The notes: generated from the letters alone by a model not told the origin. A DNA stretch of 64,000 nucleotides from an uncultured delta proteobacterium (GCA_963760795.1 CAVXEP010000016.1:160395-224394); one strand, 5' to 3'. Shown: positions 10,415 to 21,243, counted from the stretch's first letter. Translations and numbers: made by a program.

Positions 10415-10540
10415 ATGAAACCAGAAGATTGGGCGAAGAAATACGCGGCGATGGATAAACGCATCGAACTCAAGTACCAGCAACTGGCCAAAGGCGAACA
10501 AGTCGGCAAGCGCACCGAGGCGCCAAAACCCGCTAGCTAA
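10415..10540 (+). CDS. small protein (41 aa)
   Basis: AGGAGG RBS 6 nt before the ATG; helical charged sequence MKPEDWAKKYAAMDKRIELKYQQLAKG. Confidence 0.55.
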   Translation: MKPEDWAKKYAAMDKRIELKYQQLAKGEQVGKRTEAPKPAS

Positions 10541-10556
10541 GAAATCCTAACCTGCC

Positions 10557-11099
10557 TCACGCCAACGGCTTCTTGCCGTCGGGCACCTCCACGTCGAAGG
10601 CGTTGAGGGTGAGCGCCACCATGGCGTAGAAGCCCACGCCGGAGACGAGCTCGACCATTTGCTGTTCGCCGAACAGCGCCATGCCGCGGCCGAAAGTTGT
10701 ATCCGAAAGTCGCTGGGTGGTGTTGAGCTCCAGAGTAATATCGTAAACCAACCGCTCGTCTTCACGGGTAAAGTCCGGCGTGCGCCGGTCGCGGATCGCT
10801 TCGACAATCTCGCGCGAGATCCCATGCTGCAACGCATGGGGCTCGTGGATGTGCCAGGCATACTGCGCGCCGGCGCAGCGCGCCGCCACCAAGATCATCA
10901 ACTGGATCAGGCGCCGCTCCATCTGCACCCTCGACGCGAACATGTCTTGCAGCTTTAGAGCACCCTCGGCGAGCTCGGCATTGCGCAGCCACACCGCGAA
11001 CGGCCCGCGCACCCTTCCGCGCACGCGCATGATGTCGTCGTAAATAACTTTTTGTTGCGGCGAAAGTTTCGCTTCGTCTAGCTCGGGTAGTCGTGGCAT
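10557..11099 (-). CDS. carboxymuconolactone decarboxylase/AhpD family protein
   Basis: RGPFAVWLR, ILVAAR, YAWHIH, ELVSGVGFY pattern; RBS GGAGG. Confidence 0.82.
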   Translation of the reverse strand: MPRLPELDEAKLSPQQKVIYDDIMRVRGRVRGPFAVWLRNAELAEGALKLQDMFASRVQMERRLIQLMILVAARCAGAQYAWHIHEPHALQHGISREIVEAIRDRRTPDFTREDERLVYDITLELNTTQRLSDTTFGRGMALFGEQQMVELVSGVGFYAMVALTLNAFDVEVPDGKKPLA

Positions 11100-11300
11100 G
11101 GTTATCCTCCGGTAGGTGATTTGGCTATCTTTTTTAGCACAACTGGCTCGTCAATCGTTAGCTCGACTGCATGGATGAAACGGAAGCTAGTTTTGCATTA
11201 TCCATGTCAATTCTCCATTGGCATTTTTTTGCTCTTGTAATTTTATCGTACTGGTTATAATCGAGTCTAAATCTTCACAGTACAGCGGGAGGAGAGAGCG

Positions 11301-13032
11301 ATGGCACAAGCAGGAGCGAATAGCTGGGATCTCGAAGCGGATGTTGTGGTGATCGGTTCAGGAGCGGCGGGCTTGCCGGCGGCGGTCAAAGCCCGCGATG
11401 AGGGTTGTTCGGTAATCGTCGTCGAAGCTAACTACGACATCGGCGGCCATGCGATCATTAGCGGCGGCAATGTGCCGCTCGGCGGCGGCACCAGTGCGCA
11501 GAAGAAATACGGCATCGCCGATTCTCCCGATACGGTATTCTCCGATCTCACCGACTGGACCGTGGTGCAAAACAATGGCTCGCCGGATTTCCGCTACAAT
11601 GACCGCGAAGTCATGCGCGCCTTTGCCGATCATTGTGCGCCGACCTATGAATTTCTCATCGGCAACGGCGTCGAGTTCAAACCGATCCCGCCCGACAATC
11701 AAGGCGGTCACAACTTGGGTAATTCCGCGCCGCGCGAGAATCACGCCTTTTGGACCAAAGGCGCCGGCTACGAAAGTCCGAACAACCGGCCAGGCACGGG
11801 CGTGATCCGGCCGCTGGAAAACAGCGCGCGCAAGAAGGGCGCGAAGTTTTTGCTCAATTACAAGATGACCGGTTTCGTCCGCGAAGGGCAGAAGAGCGGC
11901 GCGGTACTCGGCATCAACGCCGAGTACACGCCGCGGATCATGCCGGGACAATCGACGCCATTGAAGAGCTTTCGTTCCGACGGCAATATCGACAGCACCC
12001 AACCGACCCTGCGCATCCGCGCCAAGAAAGGCGTGATCGTCGCCACCGGCGGCATGACCAGCGACGTGAACTTCCGGCGCATGTTCGATCCGCGTCTGAC
12101 CGAAGTGCTGACCGTCGCCGGCGAACCCTACAGCTATCAGGACGCCAGCGGCGAGCGCGCCGCCTTGGAGATCGGCGCGTCGCTGTGGGGTTTGGTGAAC
12201 CAGACCTTGGAGAACGGCGATAACATTCGTTGCCAACGGGTGCTCGGCACCAAATGGAATTACATGACTTGGGAGTTCGAAAGTCCGATCTTCCCGCTGG
12301 TGCGCGCGCAAGGATTGAGCTTAAAAGATTGGCAGAATCTGATCTTGGTGAACCAGGTTGGCAAGCGCTTCTACGACGAGACCAAGGGCGACTATCCGCA
12401 TGGCAATGTCTGTGGCGATATCGATCCCTACACGCCCAACGATTATCGCAACAACGAAAACATTCACTACCATCCGAGCAATTACAACTTTTTCAACGCC
12501 GCCGTGGCGATGAATGAATACTCGGAGCCGCCGGAATATTCCGCCGGGCCGATTTGGGCGATCTTCGACTCAGAGGCGGTGGCGCGCAACCAGTGGAACG
12601 TCGAGCCGCCCTACGTCGATCCCGACGGCTACTTCTTCAGCGCCAATACGCTGAAAGAGCTGGCCGTCAAGATCAAGAACGAGTTTCAAGCTAAGCCGAT
12701 GAAAGGCGAAGTCTTGGAAGCCACCGTGGCGCGCTACAACTCCTTTGTCGATGCCGGCAAAGACGAAGACTTCGGCAAGCCGTCGCCCAAGTACAAAATC
12801 GCAAAAGCCGCCGTTCTACGCCGCCTGGAGCACGCCCAACGTGCATGACACCCGCTCCGGCTTGCGCATCAACGCCAAATGCCAAGTCCTGGATATGAAC
12901 GGCCAAGTCATTCCCGGCCTCTACTGTGCCGGCGAAAGCGCCGGCGGCTTCAACCAACATGGCTTGGGCCGCTGCACGACCCAGGGGTTTATTTCAGGGA
13001 TGAACGCGGCGAAGGAGCCGAGTAGGGGATAA
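11301..13032 (+). CDS. FAD-dependent oxidoreductase (FAD_binding_2; fumarate reductase flavoprotein/ketosteroid dehydrogenase-like), frameshifted near 12805
   Basis: DVVVIGSGAAG, VIVATGG, LVNQVGKRF; the C-terminal PPFYA...GLRIN...IPGLYCAGE lies in the second frame. Confidence 0.85.
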
Positions 13033-13062
13033 GGAAGAAATTTCCGAAATGGGTTGGTACAA

Positions 13063-13090
13063 GCGGGGCCGGGTGCGCAGCACCGGCCCC
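13063..13090. terminator. GC-rich hairpin (terminator or REP-like)
   Basis: GGGGCCGGGTGC/GCACCGGCCCC stem downstream of the oxidoreductase; no clear U-tract. Confidence 0.35.
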
Positions 13091-13143
13091 GTCGAGTTTC
13101 ATGCTCACACCTCGCATTTGTCTGTGATTTGTCATTTCCTACG

Positions 13144-13638
13144 ATGAATTCCTATTGCCTCGATCCCTGCGAAGAAAATCAGTTTCTCGTCGACCACGTC
13201 GCGCTTTTACTCGCCAGTCTTCGGCGCTGGACAGGGCGCGACCTAGTCGACCCAGAGTTGCCGATAGCCGAGCAGGCAAGGCGGATATTTTATGCACCGT
13301 TTGCGGTTTTGTCCCATGACACCGCAGCCGATCCGATTCTGAACTATGGCAACCGCGCCGGCATGCAGCTCTTCGAGCTTAGCTGGGCTGAGTTGACGCA
13401 AACGCCATCGCGCTTGACCGCTGAGCCGGTGCATCGTGACCAACGGGCGCGCTTGCTCGATGCGGTGACCCGCGATGGCTTCATTGACGACTATCGCGGT
13501 ATTCGCATTTCCAAAACCGGGCGGCGATTTTTGATTGAGAACGCGACGGTGTGGAACCTTCTCGACGAAAATGGTGCGCACTACGGCCAGGCGGCGACGT
13601 TTAGCGCGTGGAAGTATGTCGATGCCGAAGGCACATGA
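13144..13638 (+). CDS. stand-alone MEKHLA (PAS-like) domain protein
   Basis: APFAVLSH, DPILNYGN, PSRLTAE, YRGIRISKTGRRF, VWNL, GQAATF. Confidence 0.88.
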   Translation: MNSYCLDPCEENQFLVDHVALLLASLRRWTGRDLVDPELPIAEQARRIFYAPFAVLSHDTAADPILNYGNRAGMQLFELSWAELTQTPSRLTAEPVHRDQRARLLDAVTRDGFIDDYRGIRISKTGRRFLIENATVWNLLDENGAHYGQAATFSAWKYVDAEGT

Positions 13639-15116
13639 TCATGGATGAGATAAGCTTCGTCGATACTACGCTGCGTGATGGCCATCAGAGTTTGTGGGCC
13701 GAAGGAATGCTGACCGGGATGATTCTGCCGATCGCCGATCGCCTGGACCAGGCTGGGTTCGAAGCCATCGAACTCGTCGCGCCGTCGTTTTTCAAAAAAG
13801 CTTGCCGGGAATTTAAGGAAGACATCTGGGAGCGCATTCGACTGGTGCGCCAGCACGTCACCAAGACGCCGCTGCGCGGTATCCGCAATCGCTATATGGC
13901 GGGCTTTCAGGTGACGCCGGCTTGTGCCACCCAGCTGTGGCTGGAGCGGCTCGCCGCCAATGGCATTCGTGAGCTGCGCAGCTCCGATCCGTCCAATAGC
14001 CCTGCCAATTGGGCCGAGATGGTGAGCGCGGCTAATGAAGTGGGTTTAGCGACGATTATCAACCTCACTTTTTCCGAGTCGCCCAAGCATTCGGATGCTT
14101 ATTACGTTGGGCGCGCACGGCAGGCGGCGGCGCTGCGACCGGCGCGTATCTGCATCAAAGACCCCGGCGCGCTGTTGACGCCCGATCGAACTCGAACCTT
14201 GGTCCCCGCAGTACTTGGCGCCGTCGACAATGTCCCGGTCGAGTTTCATACCCATTGCATTACCGGGCTTGGGCCCCTGTGCTGCTATGAGGCGATCAAG
14301 CTAGGCATCCGTTCGATCAATACGGCGATCCCACCGCTAGCCAACGGTTCATCGAACCCGTCGCTGTTCACCGTCGCGCGAAACGCCCGCGCCTTGGGCT
14401 ATCGCACCGCTATCGATGAAGCGGTGCTGAAGCCGGTGGAAGAACATTTCAACTGCATCGCCAAGCGCGAAGGTTTTGCTCCCGGTGAGCCGCGCGAATA
14501 CGATAGCTATCACTACCACCATCAAGTTCCCGGCGGGATGATTTCCAACTTTCGTTTTCAGCTTGGCAAACTTGGCATGTCACATCGCGTCGGCGAAGTC
14601 TTGGAAGAGGTTGCCCGGGTGCGCCAGGAGTTAGGCTATCCGATCATGGTCACGCCGTACTCGCAATTCGTCGGCGTCCAGGCGGCGATGAATGTCATTC
14701 TCGGCGAGCGCTACAAGGAATGCACCGACGAAGTGATTCAATACGCCTTGGGAACTTGGGGTGAGGAAGAGAGCTCATCCATCGAAGCGAATGTTAAAGA
14801 CAGGATTCTCAACCGGCCGCGGGCGCGGGAGCTAAAGAATGGTCAAGTGCCGGAGCTCACGCTGCGACAATTTCGCGTCAAGCTGGCTGGCGCCGGAGTA
14901 TCCGACGACGAATTGTTATTGCGCTACTTCGCCGGCAAGGACGATGTCGAACGGATGAAAGGTGCGCCACCGGTGCGCGCGTACTTGAGCGGGCAACGGC
15001 CACTGGTGCTACTGATCGAGGAACTGAGTAAGCAGAAAAAGTTTCGTCAAGTTGTCGTGCAGCGCGGCGATCTGGCGATCCGCCTGGAGCGGCAGGGGAG
15101 TGCGGGCAACCCTTAG
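13635..15116 (+). CDS. pyruvate carboxylase subunit B / oxaloacetate decarboxylase alpha-like carboxyltransferase lacking a biotinyl domain
   Basis: DTTLRDGHQSL, ICIKDPG, FHTH, HQVPGGMISN, LGYPIMVTPYSQFVG; no EAMKM motif. Confidence 0.85.
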   Translation: MIMDEISFVDTTLRDGHQSLWAEGMLTGMILPIADRLDQAGFEAIELVAPSFFKKACREFKEDIWERIRLVRQHVTKTPLRGIRNRYMAGFQVTPACATQLWLERLAANGIRELRSSDPSNSPANWAEMVSAANEVGLATIINLTFSESPKHSDAYYVGRARQAAALRPARICIKDPGALLTPDRTRTLVPAVLGAVDNVPVEFHTHCITGLGPLCCYEAIKLGIRSINTAIPPLANGSSNPSLFTVARNARALGYRTAIDEAVLKPVEEHFNCIAKREGFAPGEPREYDSYHYHHQVPGGMISNFRFQLGKLGMSHRVGEVLEEVARVRQELGYPIMVTPYSQFVGVQAAMNVILGERYKECTDEVIQYALGTWGEEESSSIEANVKDRILNRPRARELKNGQVPELTLRQFRVKLAGAGVSDDELLLRYFAGKDDVERMKGAPPVRAYLSGQRPLVLLIEELSKQKKFRQVVVQRGDLAIRLERQGSAGNP

Positions 15117-15159
15117 ATCGGTTAGCGCAGCGCTCGTTCCGTTAGATTGGGCGGCAAAG

Positions 15160-15645
15160 TTACGTCGCGGAGCGACCTTCGCGAGAACCGCCGTTGATAG
15201 TGGCGCGCTCTTTATACATGCGCATGGCCATACCGGCGATATCGTTAGCAACCATATCCTCGCTGCGATATCGACCCATGCGGGTTTCGTATTCGATCTT
15301 GAAGATGCTGCCGTCCGATACGGAATCCGGCGCCGAGATGCGCACTAATTTGGCGTCGATTCGCTCGACGTGGCGGCCGATGGTGCGGAGAATTTCACCC
15401 AGACCTGTGAACTCCACGAACTTGAATCCGGAGCTTCGTGTCTCGATGGCGCGGAATTCCAGGGATTTGAGTTCGAAGGTTGAATATCTGAGATGGATCA
15501 GATCGGTGAAAGGCGGATTCGGATCGCCGCAGACCAGGACATAATCGCCGTCCTCGTAGCGCAAATCGAATATGTCGATGTCTCGCTTCGCGAGCTGTTG
15601 GCCGATGGTGCGCAGCTCTCGTGCGTGGTTATAACGAGGCACCAT
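15160..15645 (-). CDS. conserved hypothetical protein with duplicated LRxIGxxL motif
   Basis: ARELRTIGQQL and GEILRTIGRHV; aligns with 19313-19818. Confidence 0.65.
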   Translation of the reverse strand: MVPRYNHARELRTIGQQLAKRDIDIFDLRYEDGDYVLVCGDPNPPFTDLIHLRYSTFELKSLEFRAIETRSSGFKFVEFTGLGEILRTIGRHVERIDAKLVRISAPDSVSDGSIFKIEYETRMGRYRSEDMVANDIAGMAMRMYKERATINGGSREGRSAT

Positions 15646-15831
15646 GAATTGAGCTTTTATCTTATTCGCTCGCCCCCCGCAAGCCGAAAAATTGCGGCGT
15701 CGCTTGGCCGCTAAGTTGAACGGCTGTGCCAATCCGCTAATATCCATTGGCTGCGCTCGGGCGCGGCAATTTTTTTGGGCTACGACGCTTTCCCGCCTCT
15801 GCATAAACTGGAAAGTGCCGCGCATTCCGGC

Positions 15832-17064
15832 ATGGCCGATCTCAAACCATCAGACCCAACAGAACGGCGCGGCATCTATGCCTACGATCAGTTTCTCACG
15901 CTGTATTTCCCGGCCTTTGTTTTCGCCCTGGGCTACAGCATCGCGACTCCGGCGATTCCGGTGTTCGCCAAGTCCTTCGACAAGGGCTTCGCCGTCGCTT
16001 CGTTGGTGATCGTCATGCACGCCTTGGGCGGGCTGATCGCCGCCGTACCCAGCGGATTTCTCATCGACCGTATCGGCCGCCGGCCGGTGCTGCTCATCGG
16101 CCCGCTGTTGATGGCGCTGTCGTCGATTCTAACCGCGTTGGCTGGCTCGTTTACGCAGTTACTGGCCTATCGCTTCATCGGCGGCGCGGCCATGGAGATG
16201 TGGCGCCAAGCGCGCTTGGCGATGGTCGCCGATGTCGGTAAACAGCGCCAGCGCGGCCGCCAGATGACCGGCATGATCGGCACCGAAGGGGCAGGGCGGC
16301 TGATCGGCCCGGCGTTGGGCGGCTGCTGGCGAGCTGGAGTATCCGTGTGCCTTTTGTCGTGCATGGTATCTTGTCCGTGCTGGCGATCCTGCCGAGTGTC
16401 TTTCTTATTGCGCGAGTCGGCGCCCAACCCCAAGGCTAAAAATGGCCCGGACGCGGATAACCACCTGAGTACCCGTGAAATAATCGCCCTGATGTGGGAT
16501 CGCCAGTACCGCGGCTTTTTCTGCGCGCAATTTTTTGCCTCGATGACCCGCGGTGTGCTGTGGGGCGGCACCATGTTGCTCTATGCCACCTTCGCCTACG
16601 ATATCGGCCCCCAGGGATTGGGTGGTCTGGCGACCATGAGCACCATCGTCGGCATTCCGATTACGCTCTGCTGCGGCTACTTGATGGATCGCTTCGGCCG
16701 CAAGACCACCATGGTTCCCGGTTTTGCCTTGATGGCGCTGGGCTTGTTTTTTCTCGCCGCCGGCGCCGGTTGGCAGTGGGGCTTTGTTTATTTCATCGGC
16801 GGTTTTCTCTGGGTACATTGCGGCCAGGCGGTCACCGCCGGCAGCATGCAGGTATTGGGCTCGGATATGGCGCCGGCCAACGCCCGTGGGCGCTTCTTTG
16901 GCTTCTGGCGCTTGATCGGTGAGATCGGCGGCTTGGTCAGTCCGGCGGTGTTTGGATTTGTCGCCGATCATGTATCCTACGCAGCGGCGTTTAGCATGAC
17001 GGCTTTTTTCGCCTTGATCACTGCGGCGCTGTTGACCTTCTCGGTGAAAGAGACCGTCGGATAG
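15832..17064 (+). CDS. MFS transporter
   Basis: DRIGRRPVL and DRFGRK motif-A copies, multiple TM helices; compensated frameshift at ~16323-16410. Confidence 0.88.
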   Translation: MADLKPSDPTERRGIYAYDQFLTLYFPAFVFALGYSIATPAIPVFAKSFDKGFAVASLVIVMHALGGLIAAVPSGFLIDRIGRRPVLLIGPLLMALSSILTALAGSFTQLLAYRFIGGAAMEMWRQARLAMVADVGKQRQRGRQMTGMIGTEGAGRLIGPALGGCWRAGVSVCLLSCMVSCPCWRSCRVSFLLRESAPNPKAKNGPDADNHLSTREIIALMWDRQYRGFFCAQFFASMTRGVLWGGTMLLYATFAYDIGPQGLGGLATMSTIVGIPITLCCGYLMDRFGRKTTMVPGFALMALGLFFLAAGAGWQWGFVYFIGGFLWVHCGQAVTAGSMQVLGSDMAPANARGRFFGFWRLIGEIGGLVSPAVFGFVADHVSYAAAFSMTAFFALITAALLTFSVKETVG

Positions 17065-17140
17065 AGATCGGGGATGAATGGGCACGAGGATCGTCTATGG
17101 CGCTTGGCTTTCTGACTGGTGGTGAAGTTTGATGAGTTCC

Positions 17141-17224
17141 GTCATGCCGGCGCAGGCCGGCATTCATCTTCGGCTTCGTTTCAAGTTCAAAAAAAGCCTG
17201 GATTTCCGCCTGCGCGGGAATGAC
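17141..17224. repeat. inverted pair of GTCAT hairpins (REPIN-like)
   Basis: GTCATGCCGGCGCAGGCCGGCATTCA ... TGGATTTCCGCCTGCGCGGGAATGAC between convergent genes. Confidence 0.78.
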
Positions 17225-17294
17225 GAAAAAGAGCCAGTCAACTTCTAGTCGACGCAAGCAAAGTCCCTCAGCCCATAACCGAAGGTCGTTCAGT

Positions 17295-18321
17295 TTACTT
17301 CAAAAGCTTGTGCAGCCGGTCGACGGCATCTTTATTTGCCGACATCACTTCCTTTGCCAAGGCTTCGAGATCCTCGCCGCTGGTCGGGTCGATCTCGAGG
17401 TTTTTCTTTTTCGCTTCGGCCAACAGATCGGGATCTTTCAGAGTCTTGGCAAAGGCCTCGCGTAGCAGTTTCGCGCGCTCGGCGGGGATGCCGGGGGTGG
17501 CGACGATGGGCCGGCCGAAATCGCCGGACGCCAGCGCTAGGCCGGACAATCGGCGCATTCCGTCTGAAACTTTGTACTCATCGAGCAACTCATTGACCGT
17601 TGGCACGTCGGCCAAGCGCGGATCGCGTTTCCTGCCGGTTTGAACCAGCACGCGGACAAAACCGCGCTTGCGCCAGCTGTGAAACGGCTCGCGGGCGAAA
17701 AACGTCGTCACGGTAAAGCCGCGGCACACCGCTTCGCCGCGCTCGACTGCCAGATCAATTTCCTGACCGCCCTGATAGCCGGTAACTACGGTGAATTTAG
17801 TGCCGATCGCTTCGTTAAGCAGCTTGACGAGAAAATAGGACGGCGAGCCGGTGCCGGTGGAGCCGCATTTGGGCGGCTCCGTGGCTTTCGTCACATCGTG
17901 GATGGTTTTGTAGGGCGTATCGGCGCGCATGTAAATCAGGTTATTGGAGCTTTCGAAGCTGCCGAGCCAGCCATACTTGCGCCAGTCGAACTTCACTTCC
18001 TTGCGGCCGAGCAGTTGATCGAAGTAGAGCGATGGCAAGATCGAGCCGAAGGTCAGGCCATCGGGCTTGGCGACGTTGTAAACATAATTCGCCGTGATCA
18101 TGCTCGACGCCCCCGGCATATTTTGCACCATCAGCGTGGGATTGCCGGGGATATACTTGCCCATGTAGGTTGCCAACATGCGGGCGTAGGTATCGTAGGC
18201 GTCGCCGGCGGGCAGACCGACGACTATGCGGATCGTCTTGCCCTCGAAAAATGATCCTTGCGCTGACAGCCTGCCAGCGGATAAAACCAATATCAGGAAA
18301 CGCGAGAGCGATGGTGTTCAT
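17295..18321 (-). CDS. Bug/TctC tripartite tricarboxylate transporter substrate-binding protein (frameshift in signal peptide)
   Basis: GKTIRIVVGLPAG, VQNMPGA, KPDGLT, GYQGG, ERGE; leader reconstructs as MNTIALAFLILVLSAG after RBS GAGGAG. Confidence 0.85.
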
Positions 18322-18422
18322 AGCGCAGCTCCTCTTGACCGCTAGGCTAAAGACGGCTGGAGCCTAGCCGAGTGCGCTCGTCTGTGTCAAATTAATTCCA
18401 GCGATTTAAAAGGAGAAAGGCC

Positions 18423-19241
18423 ATGACCGAAAAATTTGAAACCTTATTGCTGACCCGCGATGGCGGCATCACGACAATTACCTTTAATCGTCCGGAAAAA
18501 CGCAACGCCATGAGCCCGCAGTTGCATCGCGACATGTACCAGGTCTTGACCGAACTACGCTACGACAAGCAGACCAAGGTCGTGGTTCTCACCGGCGCGG
18601 GGGATAATTTCTGCGCCGGTCAAGATTTGAAACAGTACGGCTTGGAGATGGAGTCCCAGCCCGAATGGGTGAAGGACGAAATTCGCGAGAAAGTGCGCAA
18701 GTGGCGCACTGAGCTCCTGCGCACCTTGCCGCAACCGATCATCGCGCGCATCGCCGGCTGGTGTCTGGGCGGTGCGCTCACTGTCACAGTGGGTTGTGAC
18801 GTGGCGATCGCCGCCGATGACGCCAAGTTCGGCCTGCCGGAGGTCAACTTCGGCCATTTTCCCGCCGGCGAAACAACACCGATCTTGGCCAATTATTTAC
18901 AATCCAAGCATGGCCTCTATTACGCCTTGTCGGGCAAGATGATGTCGGCTCACGAAGCCGAACGGATCGGTCTGATTTCGCGCGTGGTGCCGCGCGCCGA
19001 GCTCGATAACGAAGTGAACGAGTTTGCCAATTGCCTCGCCGAGAAGAGCCCGCGGGCGCTAAGAGCCGTTAAAGAGGCATGGTACACGAGTATGAAAGCC
19101 TCGCCGGACGTCGGCTTTGCGATCTCCAACTTTATTTCCGAACGGATCATTCGCGAGCAGGGCGGGCGGCCCGGCCTGGAGCAGTTCGTCGAGAAAAAAC
19201 TCCGCCCGGTGTCGGGCACGATGAAACTGGAGAAGGAATGA
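18423..19241 (+). CDS. crotonase-family enzyme, p-hydroxycinnamoyl-CoA hydratase/lyase-like
   Basis: NRPEKRNAMSP, FCAGQDLK, GWCLGG, FGLPEVNFG, C-terminal GLEQF..KK.RP. Confidence 0.8.
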   Translation: MTEKFETLLLTRDGGITTITFNRPEKRNAMSPQLHRDMYQVLTELRYDKQTKVVVLTGAGDNFCAGQDLKQYGLEMESQPEWVKDEIREKVRKWRTELLRTLPQPIIARIAGWCLGGALTVTVGCDVAIAADDAKFGLPEVNFGHFPAGETTPILANYLQSKHGLYYALSGKMMSAHEAERIGLISRVVPRAELDNEVNEFANCLAEKSPRALRAVKEAWYTSMKASPDVGFAISNFISERIIREQGGRPGLEQFVEKKLRPVSGTMKLEKE

Positions 19242-19312
19242 GCCAAACACGAATCTGCGGGGGAAACCGGAGGTGTCTTCAAACCGTAGGCTAATCGGCT
19301 ATAATTCTTGAA

Positions 19313-19818
19313 ATGGCACATGCAAAAACCTTCAGAGCGGTCGGTGAGTCGCTCGAATCCCTCGGCGTGCGCACCTTTACTTTAGAAAAGGCCGGGCAAG
19401 GCGTCACCGTTCGTACCAGCGATCCGCTCGACCCGTCGAAGTTGCCTAAGGCGAATCTTTCGGAAAAGGATTGGGAAATCGAGGCGAGACTCGCGGCGGC
19501 AGGCTAAACTGTTTCGCGAGGATGGCGTGCTGCGCTACGACGCCGACTATATCTCCTGGCTCGAAACCCAAGGCCAGCGCAAACGGCACAATCGATTTTC
19601 CCGCGAGCAGCAAGAAGAGTCTGGCCCAGCTGATGCGCTCTCTCGGCCGCCATCTCGATCGCGTCGAACCCCACAAGTTTCGGATCTCCTGGGGCGATGC
19701 AGAAGTCCATCTCGATTACCAATTGCCTGATGGCAGCCGCATTCAAGAAGTCCTCAACATCGCAAAGCTTGACGAACTGACGATGCGCAGCCGCTACCGC
19801 CGGTCGGCGCGCAAGTAA
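19313..19818 (+). CDS. conserved hypothetical protein (paralogue of 15160-15645), two frameshifts
   Basis: Three overlapping ORF pieces join as AKTFRAVGESL...LRYDADYISWLE...LAQLMRSLGRHL...RSRYRRS. Confidence 0.6.
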
Positions 19819-19847
19819 TACCGCCGCCATCTCCGCCGAATTGTCGA

Positions 19848-19877
19848 TTGACTTCGCGCGCGCTTCAAACGTACAAC
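19848..19877 (+). promoter_or_regulatory. candidate sigma70 promoter
   Basis: TTGACT-N18-TACAAC upstream of RBS GAGGAGG. Confidence 0.3.
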
Positions 19878-19927
19878 GGACTCGAACCATACGGCTGACG
19901 CGTGGAAACTGCGAGGAGGCGTTGCTT

Positions 19928-21127
19928 ATGGATCGGTAAAGATTCGATTGCTCTCTTTGGCGCTTATGCTTTGGCAATCTGTTGCCAGGCAGCGTTCGCC
20001 AATCCCTTTCCGCCGGCAGATCAGAAACGACCGCCGCTGGTGCTTCAAGCCCATGGCATCTTTTGGGCCGGCGGCGAGATTGTCAATCGCACACAATCCG
20101 GCACCGAGAATAGTCGGCGATCTGAAAAATCTTCCCTACAACCAACAGCAGTATTTGGTCGGCCAAGCCTATGTCGAGTATTTTATTCCGCAGAAACTGC
20201 GTAACGGCAAAAACACCTTGCCGATCGTCATGGTACCGGGCGGCGCTTTGATCGGCGTGCAATTTTCTCACCACGCCGGACGGGCGCGAAGGGTGGGCGC
20301 ACTATTTTCTTCGCCGCGGTTTTCCGGTTTATGTCGTCGATGTGCCGGGACGCGGGCGCGCCGGCTTCATGCCCGACGAATTTAACAGACGTGAGAGCGG
20401 GGGTTACGCGTCGCCGAATAGCCAGACGGAAATCCGCGCCTGGGACAGCTCGGCCTGGCTCGAGTGGAATACCGGGCCGCTGCCGGCACCGACACCGGCC
20501 CATGGCGCCAACGATCCTAGCTGCATCGGCAACGATGGCCGCGATCCCAACAGCGCGCCGGTGTACTGCAACGGCAATTTGATGCCGGCGCTGGATAGCG
20601 AAGGCTACAAACATTGGCTTGCGGCGTTGGTGCCGGAAGGACCGGTCAAAGGTGGCAGCGACCCGGGTTTACTGGCGGTGATGAAACGAGTCGGCCCAGC
20701 GATCTGGCTCGGCCACTCACAAGCCGGAACTACCGGCGGCCGCCTGAGCAACGAAAACCCGGAGCTATTTAAAGCCGTGATCGGCATCGAGCCTCAGGGC
20801 GCCTGCAATCTGCCGCCGAATGCCAGTCACAAGGGCGTCGCCAAGGTGGCGCAGTTCAGTATTCACGGCATCAACCAGGTCGGCCGACCCGACACCGGCC
20901 CTTGCTTGGATACTTACGCGAAGATCAAAGCGGCTGGCGGCGATGCGACGTATTTGTCCTTACCGAAGCTGCCACGCACGCCGCTCTTCGATCGGATTCC
21001 GCAGGCGGGTATTTGGGGCAACGACCATATCATGATGTGGAACAGCAACAGCGATCAGATCGCCGACCTGGTGCTGAAGTGGATTGAGAAGCATATCGAG
21101 AAGAAAAAAGTGAAGACGCCGTGGTGA
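19928..21127 (+). CDS. secreted alpha/beta-hydrolase (esterase-like), multiple frameshifts
   Basis: GQAYVEYFIP, PIVMVPGG, TTPDGREGW, VYVVDVPGRGRA, GHSQAG nucleophile, GNDHIMM; signal peptide. Confidence 0.78.
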
Positions 21128-21172
21128 GTTTGGCCGCTGCATGCGACATAGTGCAGCTTTGAAAGATCTCTT

Positions 21173-21221
21173 CCACCACGAAGGACACGAAGTTCACGAA
21201 GTGGGGTGCGCTTTGCACACC
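21173..21221 (+). repeat. CACCACGAAG-family half element abutting a GTGG REP-like hairpin
   Basis: CCACCACGAAGGACACGAAGTTCACGAA directly followed by GTGGGGTGCGCTTTGCACACC. Confidence 0.55.
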
Positions 21222-21243
21222 GTTCGGTCTCACTGGAGGTTCT

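Noticed and set aside
16320-16410. Cys-rich segment (CWRAGVSVCLLSCMVSCPCWRSC) in the MFS as a metal-binding motif
   Set aside because: The alternative frame gives a normal TM helix, so this is a compensated double frameshift.
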